A stretch of DNA of 64,000 bases from Convolutriloba macropyga (taxonomy: Eukaryota). The notes below the pieces were generated by a model. The model did no database searches. It was not told the origin of the DNA and was given only the letters and a program-made list of their open reading frames with translations. Within the stretch, counting starts at the first letter, position 1; the number at the start of each line of letters is the position of its first letter. Where the stretch lies: assembly GCF_964194025.1 (NCBI RefSeq), contig NC_134480.1, positions 25,854,001-25,918,000 on the forward strand, read 5' to 3'. A program made the translations under genes and the position numbers. Below, piece by piece: positions 41,880 to 54,067 of this stretch.

Positions 41880-44590
41880 GCCAATCATTGTTTATCCATT
41901 ACGGATTTAATTTTTTGGCCTGCAGAAAATTCAGAGCAGTCCTGAAATCAATGAAGGCAACAATTTTCAAACATCAGCAAATGTTATTGCAATTCGGATG
42001 GTCTTCATCAAAAACTGCCAAAATCATTTCAGATTGTTTATGCCAAAAAGTCTTGTATGATTTTAATCTAATAGCTGCAAGTTTTAGGTTTACATTTTTT
42101 AGAGTGATATATTTTGACAGTCACTTTTCACAAATGTGAACATGACGGCTCGTGCGAGTCTCTACGCATACCTCACAAAGTTACACAATGTTACAACATG
42201 CCTCTCATGGGTGAAAAATTTACATTAACACGTCAACAAAAACGCGGGTGGGTATCCGAATGTAGCTTGAATGAAATGCAGAAGATTACTTGTAAGCTTT
42301 GATAAATTTCATAAAATTACTTTCCAAAAAATTGCTTTCACGAAAATCACACAAAATCTTTTTTCTGCAGACGAAAAAGATAACTTTTTTACACACTCTA
42401 CAAAGATACCTATAGTACAATTTAAAATCTTTGCACATACGGCACGCACAAAAACACACACACACAAACACATACAGAGACAGACAAACCTTACCAATGC
42501 GCTCCACCAAAAAATTAAATTTTTATCAAGGATAATCACCGTTCAATTACGTTTTTCTTTGTTTATTTTTTAGAAAACGAGGCTTGGAATTTTGTAAACA
42601 ATCCTCACTGTAATCGTAATATTAACAGTAGACATTGATATGAACACTTAACAAAAAGCTTTTTTCTAAAAATTCGTTTTCCTGCTTCATGAAAATATAG
42701 GGCCAATGAAAATCTTAAAATAACGTACATGGGCTATGATCTGAGTTTTTAAAATATAATTGAGTTTATGAACATTTTGGAAGCTGGATTTTGTAGCCCT
42801 TAATATCATAGCACAATATCACTAAAATTCATCAGGCGCAATTTTTTAATTGACAACGTGTATGCCATCAAATCTTTGTATTTTTAATCAATTATTTGCA
42901 AGTTTTAGTTTCACAATTGCCGAGTGATAGATTTGGATACCTTTCACAAATGTGAACAAGACAGTTTGTGAGAGCCTGTACGCCGCTCAGTATGATAAAA
43001 CATACCTCTCAAGGTTGAAAACTTTACATTACGTCAACAAAAGTGCGTGACGGTATCCGAAATTAACTTGAATGACTTGCAGAAAATTATTTGCAATGTT
43101 TGATAATTTTCATGAAATCACTTTCCAAAAATTAATTTCACAAAAATCTCATAAAGTCTTTTGTCTGCAGACGATAAATTAATTTTTCTACACACTCTAC
43201 AAAGATAGGTATAGTACAATTTAAAAGCTTTGCACACACTGTACGCACACACACAAAAACACACACACACAGACGGCCAAACCTCACCAATGCGCTCCTC
43301 CAAAAAACAAAAACTTTTATCAAGGATAATCAACGTTCAATTAAGTTTTTTGTTTTTTTTAGAAAACGGGGCGGGGATTTTTGTAAACAATTCTGACTGT
43401 AATCGTAATATTAACTTTAGATTTTGATATGAACCTTTCACAAAGTTGTTTTAACGAAAAATCTTTTTGCGTTCTTCATGAAAATAATGGGCCAATAAAA
43501 ATTGTAAAATACCGTAGATGAGTTATGATCTGAGTTTTTAAAACAAAATTGAGTTTTTGAACATTTTTGAAGCTTGAAATTGTAGCCCTTAATATCATAG
43601 AGGAAAATCATTGAAGTTCTTCCAGCGCAAATACTTAATTAGAAATTGAAAAAGTTGGAAGTTTAACCTAGAAGCCACCTAGGTTAAATATATTTTGTTT
43701 TTGTCGCTAATCCTTTTTTTATTACGGACTTAATGTTTTGGTCTGCAGAAAATTCATAGCTTTTCTGGACTCAACAAAGCCGACAACTTTCAAACACGAG
43801 CAATAGGTACTGCAGTTGAAATTGTTTTCAAAAACTGCCAAAACTATTTGAGAAGGTGTACGCTATCAAATCTTTGTACTTTTAATCTATTTTTTTTACA
43901 AGTTATAGGTTTAAAATTGTTGAGTGATAGATTTGGTTACCTTCCACAAATGTATGCAAGACAATTCGTGAGAGTCTGTACGCCGCTCGGAATGTTACAA
44001 CATACCTCTCAAGGTTGCAAATTTTACATTACGTCAAGAAAAATGCGTGAGGGTATCCAAATGTAATTTGAATGAATCGCAGAAATTTAATTGCAATTTT
44101 TGATAAATTTCATATAATTACTTTCCTAAAAATTATTTTCACAAAAATCACATAAAATCTTTTTTTTCTGCAGATTAAAACGATAACTTTTCTACACACT
44201 CTAGAAAGAGAAAGATGCGTATAGTATAATTTAAAAGCTTAGCACGCACCGTACTCACACACACACATACACAAACAAACCTTACCAACGCGCTCCACCA
44301 AAAAACAAATACTTTTATCCAGGCTCATGAACGTTAAATTACGTTTTTATTTTTTATAGAAAACGGTATGTGGAATTCTGTAAGCAATTTTTTTCTGTAA
44401 TCGTAATTTTAACATTAGACTTAGGTATGAACTTTTCAAAAAGATTTGTTTAGAAAAAAAGATTTTTCATGCGTCATGAACAAAATGGGCCAATAAAAAA
44501 TTTTGAAATACCGTAGAAGGGTTATGATCTGATTTTTTAAACACGATTTACTTTCGGAACTTTTTTAAAGCCGAGATTTGTAGTCCTCAT
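41880..44590. repeat. Three degenerate tandem units of about 0.8-1.0 kb
   Basis: Anchors repeat three times: CACAAATGT (42127, 42945, 43945), CTACACACTCTA-like (42389, 43188, 44192) and TTATGATCTGA-like (42735, 43523, 44522). Confidence 0.85.
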
Positions 44591-47500
44591 TATTTAATTT
44601 ATTTGTTTTTTAAGACAGTTTTTTCACTCGGGTTCTGTGTGTGTCTGAAAGGTAACTTAATCTTTATTTTGGTCGAAACAATAATTATGAGATGTTAAAG
44701 GTCTGGAAAAAATTTTCAAAAAAAAGTTTCCAATTTTTTTTTATTATTTGTGGAGTTTCCCGATCAACTGAATCAGTTTTGGTTTAAGAGAAAAGCTCAC
44801 AGAGTATAAAAGATTAGTTCGTTCTGCATTGTAAAAATACATAGAAGCGGAAAGTGGTTTTATTCCACTTTGAAAAAAATGAACATTTAAGTTTTAGGAC
44901 CTGTTGGTCCGTGAACTTTATAACATTTGATTTATTTGTATTATTCTATACTAGTCAAAAATAATTTAAATAATCTTCTCTGACAATATCAACATTAAGG
45001 AATTTTTTTTGTCTCTTTTAAAACAATTTTGTAAATTATTTGCTTATTTCCTTGAGCCCATTATCTTACATCTCTGCTGTTGTCAATTTGTTTATGTTTT
45101 CTAAAACAAGTAGAATTGTTCTCAATGCAACCCCAAAAATTAGAAAAGAAAATATTTTGTGCTTTTAGTTTTCCCTTTCCAAAAAAGGGTTTTGATATTT
45201 TGACATATCTAAAATTTCAAGTCTTCTATTTTCCGATAATTTTTCCAATGCAGAAAATGTTGGTTTGGAAGCTAGTTTCTCGGAATAAGAAAAAAAGGGA
45301 TAAAATTTTTTTATAAAAAAGATTTTGTTTTTTTTCTCAGTCAGGTAGTTCAATCCGTTTATTTGTAAGATTGAAAGAGTCAAAAATTATTCTTGAATGT
45401 CAAAACTTCTTTTAAACTAAAACATAACCAACAACATTAAAAATTCATAAAAAATGGTTTTGGTACAAAAATATTTATACAGAGGGAACTATTTTGATGT
45501 CATACATAGCTACAATTACTCCTAATGCTTTATTTGTTTTCGTTGTTTGTCTTCTCTCTTACTTAACGGCATATCATTGGCGCTCTAATGTGTTCTTGTT
45601 TAATTGTTATAGTGGTTTTTGCTTGAAGCGATTTCTTAAGCGGGTACACCAATTATTTTCAAAAGTTAAGTGATTTTTTGAAAGTTTTCTATCTCTTCCT
45701 CATTTGTTGGACAATTAGGTCAAAAACATGGGCGGGTCCATTGGAACATTATACGCGATACGCACGTTTTTGCGCCTCCTTGTTTGCGATTTTGTAGTCA
45801 ATTGGTATAAAAAAATGCTTGCCACTGAACTGCATGTATTTGATAAAAATTGTGTTGAATGTGCTCGAAATTATTTATTTTGAAAATGAACTTGAATGTA
45901 TATACAACAATTTTACCGCACTTAAAATGTCTTGGTATGATTTTTGTTGTTTTGGAGGCAACCAGCAGTAATAATTGTGTATAATTTTTAGATGTAACAA
46001 CTAATCGGATCCGAAACGGTTCTTTCAACCAAAGAATGTTTCATTTTTTTGCAAAAACATTTTAAAATGTTTTGACGTTTTGCTAGGTGCAGCAATTAGA
46101 GTTATTTGCTGTGCCTATCGGTGCGTAGGTTATTAGACGAAAGCTCGATGATGCGTAGTTAAGTTTTGTGGTCCACTTTTTTGAGCTGACTTTTGTGGAG
46201 CTCTGGCAAAAACAATCAAAATACCTAAAGACGGTACTTCAGACAGTCTTAACATAAAAAATAGTTGATAAAATTCAACTTAAATGTAATTCTTCAGCTT
46301 TTCGCATCATTTTTTGCCTTCCGGTAATATCCGAAAAGAGCTTATTGTTAAAAGTTACCGCCGCGAGAGTGAAAAAATAGAATTCAAAAAAGAATTGCTT
46401 GATTTTTCTTAGTTTAGAGCTATTTGGCGTGGGTAACTTCGAGAAAGTTCTTGGCGAAACTGTGGGATAAAACTGAGCTGAGAAGCTGGAATTTTTTAAT
46501 ATGAAGAACCTTTTTCGGTGTTTTTAAAGCTATTATCATTAAATGAAAGTTGTTAGGGACACTTGGGATCTTTCTAGCGCAAAGTGGAGTTTGGAGTTCC
46601 ATTACGTGCTTTAATTGGTTTTCTCCTAATTTTCACAAAATTTTAGTTAAACATTTTTGGATAATGGCTACGGAAATTAGCCTGGGCTAAACTAGCTTTT
46701 GCTTAATATCTCATTCTCCGACTGATCAATACCAGTCATTGATCATAGTTTGCACTGCAGTCGACAGTGGGTTTGCATGTTAGCCAATTTCTAACCCTTT
46801 GAAACCTACCCTTTCTTTATTGCTGATTGCTGATAATTTTTTTGAAGGTGTAGTATAATAGGCGAAAACTTGATTAAAACTTTTTTCAACATTAGGCAAA
46901 ATTTGTGAATCAAATTTTTGTTGAAATTAGGAGAATGCCAATTAAAACATTTTATGCGGCACTACAAAATCCACTTCACGCTACAAAGTACTCAAAAATC
47001 CCAAACAATAGTCTTTACACGAAAATGAGTAAACAAAGCAGATTTGAAATGGCAATTAGAGTGATGATATTTTTGCCCCCCCCCCCCCAAAAAAAAACAT
47101 TCGGGCAAAAGTAAGCTATTATCTTTTCGATACATTTATTATGGGCACTTGAGTACTTCAGAGCGTCAACAAGATTTTGATGCAACGCTCTTTCCCCAAT
47201 GCCCTAATATTTTCGACTAATGGACCCACAAATTGTGTTCTCCTAATCCAGTTGTCGCCTAATATCCTATACCCTCGTTCTGGGCAGCAGCCTTGGCACT
47301 AGTTACTGACAAGCTTTTTCGTCGTTTCTGGAAAGTCTTTTCTTTTAAAATTTTAATCTAATTTTTGAGCAGAGCTTTTCATTGAAAAACAGAACGTTAT
47401 GAAAACCTTTCTGAAACCCAATTTTAGACGACATATTAAACGTGTAAAAATATGTTTACAAAAAATTATTAATTTTGGTGTACTAAATATAATTTTGCGA

Positions 47501-47760
47501 TTTTCTTTCTTATGATCTTTGCAACAGGTCTGATAAACATTTTTTTTTCTTAAAAAGAATATTAGCTAAATAATTTTTATCCTCGAAGCAACTTGTGATT
47601 TGGTGTCGACACCGAGGTGCCTTGTTATTTCAAAGGATCCAATTTCTTCATAACTCTGAATGGGTTTTCAAACATGCAAAACATCTTTGTCGAACTGTTT
47701 TTAGCCAATTGCAATGCTAAAAAAGAAAGGAATTAAACTGCACTCTGTTTAGTTTATACT

Positions 47761-47850
47761 AGTAGTAAGATAATAGGGTACTAAGATAGGGGGGTTATCC
47801 TTCGAATTAATACGTGTGATAATAGGGGGTTATCCTTGGCGGCGCTACAT
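47761..47850 (+). repeat. Start of the Polinton terminal inverted repeat
   Basis: Begins AGTAGT, typical of Polinton termini, and contains ATAGGGGGTTATCCTT-like direct repeats twice. Candidate 6-bp TSD TATACT (47755-47760). The partner TIR is outside the window, so TIR length is unknown. Confidence 0.7.
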
Positions 47851-48051
47851 GTAAAACAACGGCCGTGCGTGATACATGTAAACTAGCTTTCTTCCGCTTT
47901 TATTCCTTTCCCTTTGCGCCTTTCTCCGGTTTGTTAGATTTGTAAGAAAAGATTGAATTGAAACCAAACTAAACACTCCAAACAAATTAAATATTTACAC
48001 TGTGTATTACTACACGCAGTTTCACCAAAATTGCATGCAATTAAATTGGCA

Positions 48052-51000
48052 TTAGCGCCGTCTTATTTTGCGTGCTGGTTCTTCTTCGCCGCTGCTTGCT
48101 TCTTCAGCTTCAAAGTTTATGAAGGGGTTGTCAGGAGAGGAGCTTTCACTGCAACTGGCGTCAATATCTGCAATATCGTCAGTATCAATATCAGATTCAG
48201 TTATCTGCTCAGTTACTACTAATCCTGGGTCGGGAGTCTCCCAAGAGCTGGTGGTGAAGTTTGGCACTGAGAGAGCGGCTGTTGAGGAAGTTTGGGACAC
48301 TACAAAGTCATTATCCCATTCTGGACTAGAGCTGAGAAGTAAGTTTGAGTAACTGTCATTATCCCACTGAATATCATCACTACCCCAATCAATTTCATCC
48401 ACACCACAATCAACGGTCTCATAATGTCCAAAGGGTAGAGTTTTTGTTCCGCAGGGTAGAATAAACCTTTTGTTGTCGAACGCTGAAAGGCATATTTCGT
48501 TGGTAGTAACAGTTTCCAATACATGATGATCGGACATTATTCGTGTGTTTTCAGAGCGAAACACGTTCCCTGTCGTCAGTGTGCTCAAGAAATCATCATG
48601 CCGGAGACGTTGTTGAGCGGCCTTGTTACTCCTTTAGCCGAAAGTTTTCGACAACCTAAAGAGAAAAAAAGCCTTTAATCAAGTCTTTATATGTTTACTA
48701 ACCCCTATGTATATAATAATAAAACTAATACCATTCAGGAGCCTACTAACAACCTTTGTAATTTAAAGATAGAACTAACATGCATTAGAAAAGACAAAGA
48801 ATACTTACTTTTTGAGAGTATTGAGTATAGTTTCGGCTTTAAACACACAAACTCCGTAATAAAATCTCCTGCAAATTCGTCCTTAACCTTGAGGACTACC
48901 CGTTTATTTTCCGTACTGTATAAATAGTGATCATTCGGATAATTGGAGAAATCGAATTCACTAACAACTGAAGCGGGCTTTCTTGCTAATTCCTCATAAA
49001 AGTCTGTACTCCGGATTTTGTATAGTAAACTATCCGTGTCACTATATAACAAACGACAATCAAAATGAGCGCGCATTGTGAAGTAATGGAAACTGTACAT
49101 TTGATACTTGGCCAGATCAAGTATAGTTGCTCCAATTATTGTTGGGGTATTCCAATAAATCTTTCTAGCGAGGAAGGACAATGCGGCCAGGTTATCTCCG
49201 AATATCATGAACCGATCAAACTCAAACTTTGAAATGGAACTCAGAACTTGATCAGCATCTCGTGCAATGGTAAGCTTACTTCGTCTGCGTTTCGATTCGC
49301 AATTCTTACCATATACTGCATTGTTCATGAGCTTATAAAAGTTCTCTTCGAATTTATTGCTGGCGGCTTGACGTTTATTACTGTTGAGTGTTATATAGGG
49401 TGCTAACCAATTCGCTTGTTTGAACTGTAGGACACGGTGTACTTTGGCAACAATTAATCCGAGACTAACGTATAATTTGAGCAGTTTGTAATGCAATACA
49501 TAATTCTTTTTGTCGAATAGCGTTTGAAGCAACTTTTTAACATTCGAGCTGGGTAATCTGTATTGTTCTTTTAGCTCAAGTTGATATTCGCCCAACCAAT
49601 CATCTTGAACAATTTCTTTGGTAGGGGCAAGGGGAAAGTCTCGGTGGTCATCGTGTAAGTGGACAGGGTAATTTAAGTCTACTTCAAGAAAATAACCAAC
49701 TGAAGCGTCGTTAGGGGTATTGAGGATTTCGTTAAGGGTAATTTCTACGTTGAATGCGAATTCCCCCACTGGTAGCATGTCCATTTGCATGACACCTCCA
49801 TAGAGATTATTTGCGTCTACACAGAGCGCAAAAGTTGACTCCTCAGAGGGCCGGTAATCCGATAAATACTTATTATTTGCAACAAAATGACGCTCCTCGT
49901 AAACAGATGTTACTCCTCCTCGTATTGCCGGTTCAATCATGTCCAAATGTTCTCGTTCTGTCATCAGCTCAAAGTTTGCCCTGCATATCTTTAGTGACGC
50001 TTCTTTTGCCATATTGGGGAGAGTGTAGAAATGCATGCAGTCGAGTTTGTATTTTCGAAAGCTAAGTTCACGGTGAAACTCACATACACAAGCTAATAAT
50101 GCGCAGTCAAGTTTAAGGTATGCGTCATGATAGTCTTGTAAAGTTTTGCACCCCAATAACGTCCACATTTGGTTAGCATGACCTAAAATTTCTTCACCAA
50201 CAGCCAATTTTCCGCCTTCTAATGTATTGCGCCATTCTGAGAGGGGTGGTAGAGATTGCTCAGAAAACTTTGTACGATCACATACATAAGAATAAGGATA
50301 ATATCCTTTTTGTTTGAGTAAGTGTGCGTTTGATTCGGAAACCGAGGGGAACATTGCTTTCATGATATCGAAATGTGTGTCAGGTAAAATTTCTACAAGT
50401 TTTTCCAGCGAAATGTTCATCGTTTTGTACGAATCGATGAATCTTAAATACTCGTAAATTTTTTGTGTTCTTCCTTCTTGAGTTGTAATAGTATCAATCA
50501 GAACTCCGAATGTCATTGATATGTATTTCTCATCTGTTGACGGAATGATTTTTATTGTTGTGGTAGACTCACAATTGTTCAGAGCCAGACAAATATGATG
50601 TAAGTCATAGTTTTGTATGTTATGACCGACCACAGGCGTAAAATTGACATACCGTCTCGCTCGATTACACTTTTCGTGTGCCCAGCCCAAGAATTGGCCA
50701 CTAAAATGACAATGGTCTAAATCTATGCTCTCTTCGGGGTCAAGCTCGCTGTCAAATGGTTCTTCGCATATCCAACAGTGTGTAGCGTTCTTTTTGTCCA
50801 GCTTCTCCGACTTCCGTTGTAGAAAGGAAACTGTTTTTTGCGTTCATGTATGTCCCTTGCTAACGAATGCAGCATTCGAACAAAGTTGCCCATACAATCT
50901 TCTGAGCTGTCCACATGATGAAAATAGGGAACGTTCGAGTGATGATCAACAACTGCCAAAGCAAATCCACATGGCTCGTGCTTTTCAATCACCCGTGTTG

Positions 51001-52399
51001 ATGATTGGTCAGTTGCTGCATACACATCCAGCGACGGGTAGAAGAAAAGATTCAAAGTCAAAATAAATGACCAGAGGAACAAACCACGTAGCTGAAAAAT
51101 TTGAGAACTTGTATTCATTTTTATCTGGTGATGGCATTTGAATAACTGCAGGGGCATTTAGATAGCAATTTTCAGTATGAATATTATAGCTTTCCAGTCC
51201 ATCACGACACAACCAGAAACAATTACGACAAATGCGATAACCAAATCTGAATTTCAGGTTTCTAACTTTACAAACGACTTTTACAAGGTCAGTAATGAGA
51301 ACATAGTGATAAATGTCGGCATCATAAAGAAGTAAAAGATCCATAACAAAATCTGATTCAAAAGAGGAGACTCGTAGAGGGTAAAGTTGTCCTTTATCGT
51401 AACCAAGGCGTTGATTGCCACATCATTGAGGGTTTCAAAGGCTTTCATTTGCTCAAATCCCATTGGCATTTCAAATTCGCCTACAGGTTGGTGAATGTTC
51501 TCTTGCTGATATGTTGCTGGGGATGTTTTGTCAATATGATAGTTCCTGTCATCTCTATCAAGACTGATTCCATGATGCGCATGATACGCTGCCATGAAGC
51601 AATAGTTGAAACAATTGGCATCGTCGTGGTTTCGAATGTTGAGTAATCCGCGACAGTTTGCCAGCTTATGGGGTAAGGCAAGATAGGATGAGCCGCGAAT
51701 TGGTCGGTAGCGGGCAAATTTGATGTCAAGTTTGATTATTTTTTCAACAACCCAACCACTTCCAGATGAAGCAAACGTAGACAAGACAGCCATCATTTTC
51801 TCCACCATGCTCCAGTACAACTCGTTTGTGAGACCCTCTACGTAAATGGGCGTCATGAGGGAGTTGGCATAAATTTCAATGCGCTCCTCCGTTTCGGTTG
51901 CGTTTTCATCTTGATGCAGCTTCAATAACTGTACTTTTACCGCAAATTGTACTTTCTGTGGTCCTTGGCTCAGCCTTCGCTCAATTAGCGTTGCAATTGC
52001 AGATCTTTGATTGAGCATGAAGCTCTCAAGATCTCTGTCAGCTGTGTTATTGACAATTTCATAAGTTTGTAACACACCGTTGAAGGCTGTCTCCGTTGTA
52101 GCTTCTTTCGGTTGGTATTCAGGTCCAAATACGGGCAGCGAGTGAAGGGAGTTCATATGCTGCGCAAACAAGTGCGCATCATTGAATCCCATGAAGCACG
52201 ATCGGCAGCAGTTTGTAAACTTCGAGTGGCAAGTTCGCATATGCTGTTCCAATTCAGACAGTTTCCGTGAATTGAACACACATAGGGAGCAGTTGTAAAC
52301 AGGAAGGCCAACATCGTCTGCATGGAATTTATGTTGATGTCTTGAACGGTTCCCACGAGTGCTAAACGTAGCGGAACAGAAGTTGCATGAATAGACCAT
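48052..52399 (-). pseudogene. polB: Protein-primed family B DNA polymerase (pPolB) with 3 N-terminal C2H2 fingers, vOTU-like protease and HNH/EndoVII insert; four frameshifts and one intron
   Basis: Joins ORFs 51281-52399, 51009-51344, 50723-51157, 48735-50690 and 48052-48588. Motifs: GSSYLALP..NHDDANCF..HYVLI; ExoI YFDFES; CWIC..DHCHFSGQFLGWAHEKCN; HNIQNYD; FIDSY; YLKLDC; DANNLYG; KLMNNAVYGK; YSDTDS; KPKLYS; AKGV; LSAFDNKR..TLPFGH. Confidence 0.95.
48656..48808 (-). other. Predicted 153-nt GT-AG spliceosomal intron in pPolB
   Basis: Donor A|GTAAGT and acceptor CTTTTTTTCTCTTTAG|G. Removal joins KPKLYSILSK to SCRKLSAKGV in frame. Confidence 0.8.
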
Positions 52400-52506
52400 T
52401 TCTAATAGTTTTGATGAATTTCAAATTCTAACAGAACTTTGATAACAAGTAAATAACTCGGAAATGACTAAGCTCACCAAAACTGAAACACGAATGTAAT
52501 TTCTGT

Positions 52507-52559
52507 GCGCGAAATTCAAAATTTCAAAATGCTGCAATCTGATTGGTCGGTTTTGGCGG
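52507..52559 (-). promoter_or_regulatory. Putative cell-cycle promoter of pPolB (E2F, 2x CHR, CCAAT)
   Basis: Minus strand: CCAAT 52546-52542; TTTGAA 52528-52523 and 52520-52515; TTTCGCGC 52514-52507. Plus strand: TTTGGCGG 52552-52559. The cluster is 110-160 bp upstream of the ATG at 52399. Confidence 0.55.
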
Positions 52560-53243
52560 TTACCTTTATTTCGAAATTTTGTTAGTTATGAGAGAAAAAA
52601 GATGTGTTTTCAACTCTCCATTGCAATCCTATGCCAAAATATATCACCATAAGGAACCCTAAAGAGTATTGCTGATCATTTTTTTTTTCAAAAAACGTTT
52701 TTGGAGAAGCTGGAAAAACATGATAATTTTTAAAATTGTAACAAAATGCGCTATTTTATGCATTTTCAATTACGGGTGGTTAGAGTTGTCCTACGTTCTT
52801 AAGTGTGATGAGCAAAAATGCTCCCCGTGTCCAAATACATAGGACCCATATAAAAAAATGGCTCAAAAATAAACAGAAAAAAAGTTTATTTTTCTGTCAA
52901 TCAAGTCAATAATTAACAATTACATGACAATTACACGACATAAACATGTGTCTTTTTTCTGAGGCCTTTTTTGATGACAGCTGTTATGAGATAAATTTGC
53001 ACTGAGGACCTATCAAGTCCAAAAATGTGAAGAAAGCCGATCTAACATCTTTCCTTAGGGTACTTCATACGCTAATTAATGCCAGATGTTAATGTGACAT
53101 TGATTGCCAGATGTTTTGAAAATCGGTGAAGGAGCCATTTTTTGATGATGATGCTTATGAGCAATAATGTCAGGCATCAAGCAGTGATTGCAAAACCGTT
53201 GCAAAATTTTCAATTTTCTTTTTCTAGTAATTAGTAATTAGGT

Positions 53244-53282
53244 TAATTAACCCTTAATTAGTCGCTAATTAGGGGTTAATTA
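53244..53282. other. Hairpin, 18-bp stem with one mismatch, 3-nt loop
   Basis: TAATTAACCCTTAATTAG-TCG-CTAATTAGGGGTTAATTA. Confidence 0.85.
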
Positions 53283-54067
53283 TCTCCATAACGGATGAGT
53301 AAAATTTGACAAGTGTGATGAGATGTTTTGTACTTCAGAGTATGCTGAGGCTTACTGAGCAATCAGTTTCATCCCAAGTATTTTTTGGAACCGTCTTTTT
53401 TGGGGTCAAAGGTCAGAGGTCATGAGTCAAAAAAATTTGTTTTTAGTTTTTTTTTGTTTTTTTTTAACAAACATGCTCTTTTTCTTTCAATTGATTCCCA
53501 AGTAACAAATGGGAGGTGATTCTAGTGTAAGCTGGAGAGCGCATCTACTGAATTAAGTGTTAAAAATTGACGTCTGAAGTGCATTTTTTAAAAATTTTTC
53601 TTTGATTATTTTTCAATTTTTGAAAATTTCTTCAACTTATGAATTGAATTTGGAAATCAATCCATGCTACAGCTGTGGTATGGAGTTTGCATGTAATAAG
53701 CGTCAATACCGCTTACTCTAAAATATGGCTATATCTCTTAAATTTTATGTTTAATATTTATTGTTAGCAAAAATTTTGTAGATTGAGAAGTGTATTTATG
53801 GATATAGTTCACACACCACGTCATAGTAGTTGCAATAATTGAGTGTTTGTTAGGAAACGAATGTTTACGTCATAATGAAAATCCTTTCTGAACATGTTCG
53901 AACTTGATAAGTTGCGAAATTATAATTTCTTTGGCTCAGCAGATTTAAATCTACAAAAACAGATATTAAAAGTTAAATTCAAAAAGTTGACATCACACTT
54001 TATTGAAACAAAATCAAGTTAGCGTCTCACAATATAAAATGGTGGTGATTCATCAAAGTTTTTCAAC

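Noticed and set aside
48735-48808. Hydrophobic C-terminus SKYSLSFLMHV.. of the 651-aa ORF as the real polymerase end
   Set aside because: Better explained as intron read-through; conserved motifs resume at 48655.
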